From: Candidatus Moraniibacteriota bacterium
GTDB taxonomy: Bacteria > Patescibacteriota > Minisyncoccia > Moranbacterales > UBA1568
Direction: 5' to 3'
DNA: 64,000 nt
Assembly (NCBI GenBank): GCA_052034935.1
Contig: JBPOIB010000008.1
Location: forward strand, 2,511-66,510
The notes under the pieces: model-generated
The model's input: only the letters and a program-made list of their open reading frames with translations
Databases searched by the model: none
Told to the model about the DNA's origin: nothing
Made by a program: the position numbers and the translations under genes
Shown here: one piece after another, positions 54,351 to 62,760 of the stretch
Numbering within the stretch: the stretch's first letter is position 1
Layout of the letters: the number at the start of each line of letters is the position of its first letter

Positions 54351-55793
54351 ATGTCGGTAAAAATAGAGCGTATTCGGAAAATCAACGAGCTTCCCGTTGG
54401 TGATGGACCGATTGTCTATTGGATGAACCGGGAAATCCGGACCAAGGATAATTGGGCGCTTCTCTATGCGCAGGAACTCGCGCTGGAAAAAAAGGCGCCC
54501 CTTTTGGTTGTCTACAATCTCGCGCTCGGCTTTCTCGGCGGTGGGTATCGGCAGTGGTCCTTCAAAATCGGCGGACTGAGAGAGGTTGAGCAGTCGCTTG
54601 CGGAAAAGAATATCCCTTTTTTTCTCGTGGTGGATCGCGGAGGAGAGGACGAGTCCTCAAAAGGGTTGCTTGCTTTTTTTTCATCGGTTGAAGCCGGCGC
54701 GGTGGTGACGGACTTTTCCCCGATTCGTACTCAGATGCAGTGGGTGAAAGAGATCAAAAAAAATATTACGTGCGCGTTCCAGCTGGTTGATGCGCACAAT
54801 ATTGTCCCGGTCTGGACGGCTTCACCGAAAGAAGAATGGGCGGCGTATACGCTCCGGCCCAAGCTTCATCGACTCCTTCCCGACTATCTTGAGGATTTTC
54901 CTCAATTGAAGAAGCATCCGCATTCCTTTACCGGTGCCGTTGAAAAAATTGATTGGTCAAAACTGTTGGGTGATTCATCGGTCGACAGGGGCGTGATGGA
55001 GACGGTCTTCATCCCGGGTGAGGCGGCAGCTCATCGGGTGCTGAAAACTTTTATTCGAACACGGCTTTCTCGTTATGCCACCGACCGTAATGATCCGCTT
55101 AGCGAGGTACAGTCGGATCTGTCGCCGTACTTTCACTACGGCATGCTCGCCCCGGTGCGTGCGGCACTCGAGACGCTCGCTGTGACCGGTAGGTCGATAA
55201 GCGAAGTGCTTCATGTGGCCAAAAACAAGGCCAAGGTGGATCCTGATGCGGCGCTTGGGCTGATTGATCACACGAGTGCTTTTTTGGAAGAGTTAATCGT
55301 TCGTCGTGAGCTTGCTGACAATTTCTGTTTCTATAATAAAAACTATGATTCGGTCGACAGCTTCCCGGATTGGGCGAAAAATTCGCATGCTAAAACATTG
55401 GCCGATAAACGTGAGTATCTGTACTCGTTAGAGCAATTTGAACAAGCAAAAACCCATGACGCGCTCTGGAACGCTGCGCAGCGCGAAATGGTCATAAGTG
55501 GCAAGATGCATGGCTATCTCCGCATGTACTGGGCCAAGAAGATTTTAGAGTGGACAAAGGGTCCTGGGGAAGCGATGCGAATTGCCATTGCACTCAATGA
55601 TAAGTATGAGCTCGATGGCCGGGATCCAAACGGCTATGCCGGTATTGCCTGGAGCATTGGAGGCGTTCACGACCGAGCCTGGTTTTCCCGGCCGGTTTTC
55701 GGTACGATCCGCTATATGGCCCGCTCCGGTTGTGAGAAAAAATTCGATGTCTCGGCCTATATCCGCCGCTGGAGTCCGGACAAAACCGAGTAA
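54351..55793 (+). CDS. phr: Class II CPD photolyase (deoxyribodipyrimidine photolyase)
   Basis: C-terminal FAD-binding motifs HGYLRMYWAKKILEWT and GIAWSIGGVHDRAW, characteristic of class II photolyases. Confidence 0.75.
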   Translation: MSVKIERIRKINELPVGDGPIVYWMNREIRTKDNWALLYAQELALEKKAPLLVVYNLALGFLGGGYRQWSFKIGGLREVEQSLAEKNIPFFLVVDRGGEDESSKGLLAFFSSVEAGAVVTDFSPIRTQMQWVKEIKKNITCAFQLVDAHNIVPVWTASPKEEWAAYTLRPKLHRLLPDYLEDFPQLKKHPHSFTGAVEKIDWSKLLGDSSVDRGVMETVFIPGEAAAHRVLKTFIRTRLSRYATDRNDPLSEVQSDLSPYFHYGMLAPVRAALETLAVTGRSISEVLHVAKNKAKVDPDAALGLIDHTSAFLEELIVRRELADNFCFYNKNYDSVDSFPDWAKNSHAKTLADKREYLYSLEQFEQAKTHDALWNAAQREMVISGKMHGYLRMYWAKKILEWTKGPGEAMRIAIALNDKYELDGRDPNGYAGIAWSIGGVHDRAWFSRPVFGTIRYMARSGCEKKFDVSAYIRRWSPDKTE

Positions 55794-55804
55794 TCATTAT
55801 TCCT

Positions 55805-56527
55805 ATGGCAACACTCATTTTTGATATCGAGACGGTCGGGGAGGATTTCTTGGCACTCGATGAGACGACGAAAGAGTCGCTCACTCGCTGGATCAAGCGT
55901 GAGAGCGGTGATGAGGCCGAGTATGCAGCTGCCTTGAAGGATCTTGAAGACGGTCTTGGCTTCTCACCTTTGACTGGACAGATCGTCGCAATCGGCGTCC
56001 TTGATGCTGAACGGATGAAATCGGCCGTCTATTATCAGCCGGCCGGCGAGGATGATACGGATTTTGAAGAGGGATCAGCGAAGTTCGAGGCATTGTCTGA
56101 AAAAGCGATGCTGGAGAAATTTTGGGAAATCGCGACCAAATACGATACCTTTGTGACGTTCAATGGCCGCGGCTTCGACGTGCCGTTTCTCATGGTGCGC
56201 TCGGCGATTCATGGCGTGAAGCCGACGAAGAATCTCCTCGCCAATCGCTATCTGCAGTATCAGCCGTACAATGCCAAACATGTCGACCTTCTTGATCAGC
56301 TGTCGTTTTACGGAGCGCTTCGGCGCAAGGGGAGTCTCCATCTCTGGACGCGGGCGTTCGGAATCGAGAGCCCGAAAGCGCAGGGTGTGACCGGGGACGA
56401 TGTTCGCGGACTTTTCAAGGAAGGAAAGTTCAAGGAAATCGCCCGTTACAATGCCCGTGACCTCGTCGCGACTCTCGAGCTCTATCGGCGTTACGAGTCG
56501 TACTTCACTTTTGAATCACATGATTAG
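55805..56527 (+). CDS. RNase H-like 3'-5' exonuclease (PolB-exonuclease-like)
   Basis: ATLIFDIETVG Exo I motif and later FNGRGFDVPFL and YNARDL motifs. Confidence 0.6.
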   Translation: MATLIFDIETVGEDFLALDETTKESLTRWIKRESGDEAEYAAALKDLEDGLGFSPLTGQIVAIGVLDAERMKSAVYYQPAGEDDTDFEEGSAKFEALSEKAMLEKFWEIATKYDTFVTFNGRGFDVPFLMVRSAIHGVKPTKNLLANRYLQYQPYNAKHVDLLDQLSFYGALRRKGSLHLWTRAFGIESPKAQGVTGDDVRGLFKEGKFKEIARYNARDLVATLELYRRYESYFTFESHD

Positions 56528-56651
56528 CTAGACTGTAGTATTCCTACTCTATCGTCAGAGGCTACCCAGATAGTGGTGGAGCTTCTATAATTCTTACAAT
56601 TGTGTCAGGATATATTGTCTCAAATACCGGTTCGTTTCTGGCGGCACCCGA

Positions 56652-57749
56652 ATGATCAATGGCTCAAATACCTCCATGGATATCCAAACAACACTCAAGG
56701 CGTTCAAAGAGGAACTCGATCCAAAGATCGGGGCGTATTTCGACCGGATGCTAGCTGAAGCCAAGAAGGAAGATGACCTTGTCCATGAGGCTCTCGGCCA
56801 CGTCAAAACCATGACGCTTTCGGGGGGCAAACGCCTGCGGCCCGCCTTCATGTATTATGGTTACCTCGCCGCCGGCGGAACCGACCGCGAACGGCTGCTC
56901 GAGACCTCGATTGCGGTCGAGCTTATCCATATGTTCCTGCTCATTCATGATGACATCATCGACCGCGACACATTGCGGCATGGCGAACCGACCTTGCATG
57001 AGCGGTACCGGGCCTGGGGTAAACGGTATCTCAGCCTCGATGATCCGGCTCATTTCGGTGACTCGATTGCACTTATCGTTGGCGACATGCTCTTCGCGAT
57101 GGGCAATGACATCATTTTCAATTCCGGGTTTCCCGAGAAAAACGTTTTTGCGGCGTTGTCCCGGATGCAGAAAATTGTCTCGCATACGGTCGTCGGGCAG
57201 GCGCGCGATATCTACATTGAGTATCGCGGTGAGGCGACATCGGAAGAAGTTCTCGGTATGTATGAAAAGAAAACAGCTCGCTATACTATCGAGGGCCCGC
57301 TTCATCTCGGCGTGCTCTTGGCCGGCGGGGATCCGGCGCTGACGACCGCACTTTCGAGCTACGCGCTTCCGATTGGCATCGCCTTCCAGATCCAGGACGA
57401 TATCCTTGGCATCTATGGCGACGAAGAACGGATCGGAAAGCCAGTTGGTTCCGATATCCGTGAAGGCAAGATTACTATTCTCGTCGCACACGTGCTCGAA
57501 TCTGCCGACCAGAAAACGAAAAAGGAAATGACTTCTCTCCTGAAACGCGGGGCGGATCTCACGCTCGTAGAAATCGAGCGCTTCCGAGAAATCATCCGCG
57601 AGACGGGTGCACTTGCCGCGGCCAAAGCCCGGGCCTTGAGGCATATTGCCGAGGGCAAACAGGCGCTCGCGGCTATTCCCGCAATCGCTCCCGAAGCCCG
57701 GAAATTTCTCGAGGGTATTGCCGATTATATGGAAAGACGCGATTATTGA
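56652..57749 (+). CDS. Polyprenyl diphosphate synthase (GGPP/FPP synthase-like)
   Basis: FARM motif LIHDDIIDRD and SARM motif FQIQDDILG. Confidence 0.85.
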   Translation: MINGSNTSMDIQTTLKAFKEELDPKIGAYFDRMLAEAKKEDDLVHEALGHVKTMTLSGGKRLRPAFMYYGYLAAGGTDRERLLETSIAVELIHMFLLIHDDIIDRDTLRHGEPTLHERYRAWGKRYLSLDDPAHFGDSIALIVGDMLFAMGNDIIFNSGFPEKNVFAALSRMQKIVSHTVVGQARDIYIEYRGEATSEEVLGMYEKKTARYTIEGPLHLGVLLAGGDPALTTALSSYALPIGIAFQIQDDILGIYGDEERIGKPVGSDIREGKITILVAHVLESADQKTKKEMTSLLKRGADLTLVEIERFREIIRETGALAAAKARALRHIAEGKQALAAIPAIAPEARKFLEGIADYMERRDY

Positions 57750-57753
57750 TATT

Positions 57754-58482
57754 ATGTCGACTCTTCTCGAATCCATCATTCCCGAAAAGCTGCCGCAGCA
57801 CGTGGCAATCATTCCTGACGGCAACCGTCGCTGGGCGGCTGACCATGACCAGGAGCCGTGGGAGGGTCACCTTGCCGGTGCTGAGCGGATGGAGGAAATC
57901 GTCCGAGAGGGACGGAAGATCGGCATCCGCGAAGTCTCATTCTGGGGCTCGTCGCTTGAGAATCTCTCCAAGCGGCCGCTTCGCGAGAAACAGGAATTGC
58001 TCCGAATCTACGAGACGTATTTCGAGAAGCTCATGGCAGACGAAGATGTTTTCCGAGACCGGGTGCGGATCCGCTGTATCGGCCACTGGGAAGAGCAGTT
58101 TCCAGAAAAATTGAAACAGGTGCTCCAGAAAGGGATCGCAGCGACCAAGGATCATGACCAGTACTTCCTGAATTTTTTTCTCGCCTACAGTGGCGATGAC
58201 GATATGCTCCGTGCGGTTCAGAAAATCGCCGGTGAAGGGCTGGCACCAGGCATGGTGACGGAGGAAGTCATCAAACGACATCTGATGACGGAGGAGATTC
58301 CCGCTGTCGACCTCCTCATCCGGACCGGTGATGACCCGCATCTCTCGGCCGGATTCATGATGTGGGAGACCAAGGACTCCCAGCTCTACTTCCCGAACTG
58401 CCACTTCCCGGATTTCGATGCGGCCGGTTTTCGGGCAGCCATCGAGGAGTATCTTGATCGCGACCGGCGGTATGGGAAATAG
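57754..58482 (+). CDS. uppS: Undecaprenyl-diphosphate synthase
   Basis: HVAIIPDGNRRWA and later FSSEN-type region. The ORF track starts at an upstream in-frame M at 57646. Confidence 0.9.
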   Translation: MSTLLESIIPEKLPQHVAIIPDGNRRWAADHDQEPWEGHLAGAERMEEIVREGRKIGIREVSFWGSSLENLSKRPLREKQELLRIYETYFEKLMADEDVFRDRVRIRCIGHWEEQFPEKLKQVLQKGIAATKDHDQYFLNFFLAYSGDDDMLRAVQKIAGEGLAPGMVTEEVIKRHLMTEEIPAVDLLIRTGDDPHLSAGFMMWETKDSQLYFPNCHFPDFDAAGFRAAIEEYLDRDRRYGK

Positions 58483-58556
58483 ACCGAAAGAGCCGGAAAA
58501 ACAGTGTTCGGAGCCGGAGTTTCGGCTCGGTCGCGGAGGGTCGGATTTGGGGCTTG

Positions 58557-58585
58557 TTGACAACATTTCTGCTTTCTATTACACT
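58557..58585 (+). promoter_or_regulatory. Sigma70-like promoter, TTGACA-17-TACACT, upstream of the infA ribosomal operon (leader of about 140 nt)
   Basis: Consensus -35 hexamer with a 17-nt spacer. Confidence 0.55.
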
Positions 58586-58729
58586 GTGAGCACATTTGAA
58601 AAGTGCATACAGCTCCCGTGAGAGAGGGTATACTGACGCGATGCAAGACTGAGGAACGCACGAATTATACGCACCACTCTCTTTTTGTGTTGGCAAAGTA
58701 ACCCCCTTGCTGGAACTGGTGTGCAATAT

Positions 58730-58951
58730 ATGGGAAATAATAAAGAACTCATCCGTTTTGATGGAGAGGTGATCGAAAGCCTCCCCAGCACAACCTTCAA
58801 AGTCCGTCTCGATAACGGGCATGAAGTGCTCGCCCACATTTCGGGCAAGATGCGGGTGCACTATATCCGACTCCTCCCAGGGGACCGGGTCACAGTGGAC
58901 ATGAGTCCCTATGATCTGACCAAGGGACGGATCGTCCAGCGTCTGAAATAA
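58730..58951 (+). CDS. infA: Translation initiation factor IF-1
   Basis: [43 protein letters not shown]1-like OB fold. Confidence 0.9.
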   Translation: MGNNKELIRFDGEVIESLPSTTFKVRLDNGHEVLAHISGKMRVHYIRLLPGDRVTVDMSPYDLTKGRIVQRLK

Positions 58952-58954
58952 GCT

Positions 58955-59068
58955 ATGAAAGTCCGCGCTTCCGTAAAAAAAATCTGTGCTCATTGCAAGA
59001 CCGTGACTCGCCGCCGGGTGATTCGCGTCATCTGCAAGAACCCGAAGCACAAGCAGCGTCAAGGATAA
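58955..59068 (+). CDS. rpmJ: 50S ribosomal protein L36
   Basis: [37 protein letters not shown], translated manually. Not in the ORF track because it is under 60 aa. Confidence 0.85.
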   Translation: MKVRASVKKICAHCKTVTRRRVIRVICKNPKHKQRQG

Positions 59069-59077
59069 AAGCCACCT

Positions 59078-59467
59078 ATGCTCCGTATTTCCAGCATCAA
59101 CCTGCCCGATAACAAGCGCATCGAAATCGCGCTGACCTATATCTATGGCATCGGCCGTCCGATGAGCCGTAAGATTCTTGAATCTCTGAATATCGACATC
59201 GATACCCGGACCAAGGACCTCTCCGAAAAAGACGCTAACCGCCTTCGTGAAACGATTGAGAAAGAGCATCGCGTCGAAGGTGAACTCCGCCACCTCGTGA
59301 AGATGAATATCAAGCGGCTCAAGGAAATTGGTTCCTACCGCGGTATCCGCCACGCTAAGGGTCTTCCAACCCGCGGCCAGCGAACGAAAACCAACACCCG
59401 GACGGTCCGTGGCAATGTGCGCAAGACAATGGGGAGCGGCCGCAAGAAATCAGATAGCAAGACCTAA
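59078..59467 (+). CDS. rpsM: 30S ribosomal protein S13
   Basis: MLRISSINLPDNKRIEIALTYIYGIG. Confidence 0.9.
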   Translation: MLRISSINLPDNKRIEIALTYIYGIGRPMSRKILESLNIDIDTRTKDLSEKDANRLRETIEKEHRVEGELRHLVKMNIKRLKEIGSYRGIRHAKGLPTRGQRTKTNTRTVRGNVRKTMGSGRKKSDSKT

Positions 59468-59475
59468 GGAAATTT

Positions 59476-59919
59476 ATGGCAGAAGAGCTCACAACTGAAG
59501 AAGAAGTGAAAGTGGATGCGCCGGTCGCCGAAGAGGCGGATGCGAAGAAGCGCGTCAAAAAGGTCAAGCGTTTGATCCAGAAGGGTCGAGCGAGTATCCA
59601 GTGCACCTACAACAACACGATTGTCACGCTCACGGATATGAATGGCGGAGCACTTGCCTGGTCGAGCGCCGGCCATCTCGGCTTCAAGGGGGCGAAGAAA
59701 TCGACCCCGTACGCCGCGACCCAGGTCGTCGCCGAAGTCTCCGAGAAAGTGAAGAAATACGGTCTCCAGGAACTCGAGGTGTATGTGAAGGGAGTCGGGA
59801 GCGGCCGCGAAGCCTGTATCCGCGCCCTCGCCAACAACGGTTTCGAACTTGTTTCCATCAAAGACATCACCCCAATTCCGCACAACGGCTGCCGCCCGCG
59901 CCGCCCGCGCCGCATCTAA
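59476..59919 (+). CDS. rpsK: 30S ribosomal protein S11
   Basis: IQCTYNNTIVTLTDMNGGALAWSSAG. Confidence 0.9.
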   Translation: MAEELTTEEEVKVDAPVAEEADAKKRVKKVKRLIQKGRASIQCTYNNTIVTLTDMNGGALAWSSAGHLGFKGAKKSTPYAATQVVAEVSEKVKKYGLQELEVYVKGVGSGREACIRALANNGFELVSIKDITPIPHNGCRPRRPRRI

Positions 59920-59934
59920 ACCCACGCGAACTTT

Positions 59935-60567
59935 ATGGCTAAGAATCTCGACTCCAAATGCAAACTCTGCCGACGTGCCGGCGAAAAGCTCTTCCTGAAG
60001 GGTGATCGTTGCTTGTCGCCGAAATGCGCCATGGTTCGTCGTCCGTATGCCCCGGGCGTTCATGGCCAGAACCCGTCTCGCGGTCGGAGTGAATTCGGAC
60101 GTCAGCTTTCGATGAAGCAGAAAATCAAGCGCCTTTACGGAGTGCTCGAGCGTCAGTTCCGCCACCATTTTGAAGAAAGTAAACTCCGCCAGGGGGCGAC
60201 CGGTGATCTCCTCCTTCAGCGCCTCGAATGCCGTCTCGATAACGTCGTCTACCGTCTCGGTTTCGCTTCGTCTCGGACCGCTGCCCGACAGCTCGTTGCC
60301 CACAAATTCTTCACCGTTAACGGCAAGCGCATGAATATCGCTTCCTACGAGGCGAAAATCGGCGACGTCATTGCGCTCAAGGCAAGCAAGGAAGAAAAGA
60401 CCCTGACGAAGAACCGGATTGAAATACTGAAGAACAAGAAGGATGTGCCGCACTGGCTCGTACTTGATGCTGACAAGCTCGAAGGCAAAGTCCTCGCCCT
60501 TCCGTCTCGCGAAGATGTCGGCATCTCTGTCGATGCGCAGATGGTCGTCGAGTATTATTCGAAGTAA
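59935..60567 (+). CDS. rpsD: 30S ribosomal protein S4 (with zinc ribbon)
   Basis: CKLCRRAG...CLSPKC and S4 domain. Confidence 0.9.
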   Translation: MAKNLDSKCKLCRRAGEKLFLKGDRCLSPKCAMVRRPYAPGVHGQNPSRGRSEFGRQLSMKQKIKRLYGVLERQFRHHFEESKLRQGATGDLLLQRLECRLDNVVYRLGFASSRTAARQLVAHKFFTVNGKRMNIASYEAKIGDVIALKASKEEKTLTKNRIEILKNKKDVPHWLVLDADKLEGKVLALPSREDVGISVDAQMVVEYYSK

Positions 60568-60618
60568 TTCTCTCAACTGGTAACCACTTCGTCCGCTTCT
60601 TAAGCAGACGCCAAACCT

Positions 60619-61392
60619 ATGCAAAACATCACCGCCCCACAAGCACCAGCCTATACCGAACTCGCCTCGAACCATGGTCGGATCGAGATCGGTGGCTGTT
60701 ATCCTGGTTACGGCGCGACTCTCGGCAATGCGCTCCGGCGCGTGCTTTTGTCGTCTCTTCCAGGCGCTGCGGCTCGTTCCATCAAGCTCAAGGGTGTATC
60801 CCACGAGTTCTCGACGATTCCGGGCGTGATGGAGGATGTCGTCCAGGTTATTCTCAATATGAAACAGGTGCGCTTCCGCTCGCATTCCGAAGAACCGGTA
60901 ACGGTGACGCTGAAGGCAAAAGGCGAAGGCGTAGTAACTGCTTCCTCGATCAAGTGCCCGAGCTCTGTCGAAGTTGTGAACGGCGATCAGATCATCGCGA
61001 CACTTTCCGACAAGAAGGCCGAATTCGAGATGGACATCATCATCGACCGCGGCCTCGGCTATGTGCCGGTGGAGACTCGCGAGGAGGAAGAACGCGAGAT
61101 CGGTGAGATCGCGATCGATGCCATCTACACCCCGATCAAGCGCGTGAACTTCGAAGTCGAAAACATGCGTGTCGGCAAGCGGACGGATTATGATAAGATC
61201 ACGCTTGAAATCGTGACCGATGGCACCCTGTCGCCGATGGCCGCATTCGAACAGGCCGTCGCCATCCTCGTTGCTCAGTTCTCGGTCCTTTCGACTGGTG
61301 CGGCTGCGGAAGAGGTGGGGGTTGAAGAAGCGGAAAAGAAACCGGCCAAAAAAGCGAAGAAAGAAGCCACTCCTGAAGTGGAGACCGAATAA
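60619..61392 (+). CDS. rpoA: DNA-directed RNA polymerase alpha subunit, N-terminal domain only (257 aa, no alpha-CTD; Lys-rich tail)
   Basis: GYGATLGNALRRVLLSS and alpha-NTD through AILVAQF, then ...EKKPAKKAKKEATPEVETE stop. rplQ starts 27 nt later. Confidence 0.85.
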   Translation: MQNITAPQAPAYTELASNHGRIEIGGCYPGYGATLGNALRRVLLSSLPGAAARSIKLKGVSHEFSTIPGVMEDVVQVILNMKQVRFRSHSEEPVTVTLKAKGEGVVTASSIKCPSSVEVVNGDQIIATLSDKKAEFEMDIIIDRGLGYVPVETREEEEREIGEIAIDAIYTPIKRVNFEVENMRVGKRTDYDKITLEIVTDGTLSPMAAFEQAVAILVAQFSVLSTGAAAEEVGVEEAEKKPAKKAKKEATPEVETE

Positions 61393-61418
61393 TCGAACTA
61401 CTCAGTAATTCTAGGGAT

Positions 61419-61784
61419 ATGCAGCATCGGAACAAAGGTCGAATCCTCAGTCGCAAAGCGGGCCCGCGCCGCGCGCTCATGAAGACTATGCTTGGCAGTC
61501 TTATCATGCGTGAAAAAATTACCACGACTCTCGCCAAAGCGCGTGAGCTGAAGAATCATATCGACCAGCTTGTAAACAAGGGAAAGCGTGCCGAGGCAGA
61601 CAAGGATCGTCGGCAGGCTGAGCTTCGGCTTCTCCGGCAGAAACTTTCCCTCGAAGCAACCAAAAAAATCTCGAGCGATTTCGTGAAGCGCTTTGAGACC
61701 CGTAAGAGCGGTTATACCCGGATTACCAAGCTTGAGCGTCGCCAGGGTGACGGTGCTGAAATGGCGGTCATCGAATTTGTCTAA
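61419..61784 (+). CDS. rplQ: 50S ribosomal protein L17
   Basis: MQHRNKGRILSRKAGPRRALMKTM. Confidence 0.9.
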   Translation: MQHRNKGRILSRKAGPRRALMKTMLGSLIMREKITTTLAKARELKNHIDQLVNKGKRAEADKDRRQAELRLLRQKLSLEATKKISSDFVKRFETRKSGYTRITKLERRQGDGAEMAVIEFV

Positions 61785-61789
61785 GTCCT

Positions 61790-62218
61790 ATGAAGAACAC
61801 TGAAACGACTGTTAAGGAGAGGAAGGGAGTTGTCCGTGCGACGCATCTTTTCGACGCGCAGGGACAGGTACTCGGCCGGCTTGCGACCGAGATTGTGAAA
61901 GTCCTTTCCGGCAAGGGGAAGACGACCTTCGCGCCTCATATCGATGCGGGTGACATTGTTATCGTCACTAATACTGATGGTATCGAAGTGACTGGCAACA
62001 AGCGTCAGGACAAGATGTATCATCGCTTTTCTGGCTACCCGGGCGGCATCACCTCGATCTCATTCAAGGATCAGCGCGAGAAGGATTCTACGAAGCTTAT
62101 CTGGCAGGCGGTCTATGGTATGCTTCCGAAGAATTCGCTGCGAGCGCGGATGCTCACTCGGCTGCGCCTCTTCAAGGACGGTGAGTATGGCAACCGGAAG
62201 ATTGATGTGACCCACTAA
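61790..62218 (+). CDS. rplM: 50S ribosomal protein L13
   Basis: Full-length L13-like protein; LGRLATEIVKVLSGKGK. Confidence 0.9.
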   Translation: MKNTETTVKERKGVVRATHLFDAQGQVLGRLATEIVKVLSGKGKTTFAPHIDAGDIVIVTNTDGIEVTGNKRQDKMYHRFSGYPGGITSISFKDQREKDSTKLIWQAVYGMLPKNSLRARMLTRLRLFKDGEYGNRKIDVTH

Positions 62219-62232
62219 ATTTTAGAAACGTT

Positions 62233-62694
62233 ATGGCGACTGCGACCAAGAAAACTGTTGTGAAGGAAACGACCAAGAAGACTGCTTCTCCGGATGGCCG
62301 CTATGTCTATGCGGTCGGTCGCCGCAAAACAGCGGTTGCTCAGGTCCGTTATTTCGCTGATGCCAAGTCCGACGTACTCGAGATTGTCGTCAACAATCGT
62401 CCGTACAGTGAATACTTCAATACTTTCGAGCAGCGCGAAGCCTGTGTCGCTCCGCTCAAAGTTGTCGGCAAGTCCGAAGCAGCCAAGATCTCTGTGCTCG
62501 TCCAGGGCGGTGGTCTCGCGGGACAGGCGGACGCGGTAAAGCTCGGCATCGCTCGCGCCCTCGTCGAGCACGATGCGCTCGTCCGACCAGCTCTGAAGGC
62601 TGAAAAGCTCCTCACTCGCGATGCGCGTGCCGTGGAGCGCAAGAAGCCGGGTCTCAAGAAGGCTCGTCGCGCACCACAGTGGGCCAAGCGCTAA
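62233..62694 (+). CDS. rpsI: 30S ribosomal protein S9
   Basis: C-terminal GLKKARRAPQWAKR. Confidence 0.9.
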   Translation: MATATKKTVVKETTKKTASPDGRYVYAVGRRKTAVAQVRYFADAKSDVLEIVVNNRPYSEYFNTFEQREACVAPLKVVGKSEAAKISVLVQGGGLAGQADAVKLGIARALVEHDALVRPALKAEKLLTRDARAVERKKPGLKKARRAPQWAKR

Positions 62695-62713
62695 AGACTT
62701 TATCTCAAGCATC

Positions 62714-62740
62714 AAAAACCCCGGTTGTCCGGGGTTTTTT
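62714..62740. terminator. Bidirectional intrinsic terminator (AAAAACCCCGG-ttgt-CCGGGGTTTTTT), with the same stem as the hairpin at 46077
   Basis: Perfect palindrome between convergent rpsI (+) and the PEGA/TolB-like gene (-). Confidence 0.7.
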
Positions 62741-62760
62741 CTTTAATGAATGAAGAGAGG

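Noticed and set aside
56751-59353. Long - strand ORFs (357 aa, 209 aa, 332 aa).
   Set aside because: Antisense to polyprenyl synthase, uppS, infA, rpmJ and rpsM. No RBS and low-complexity products.
59464-60885. 473-aa - strand ORF.
   Set aside because: Antisense across rpsK-rpsD-rpoA, a conserved ribosomal operon. Artefact of high GC.
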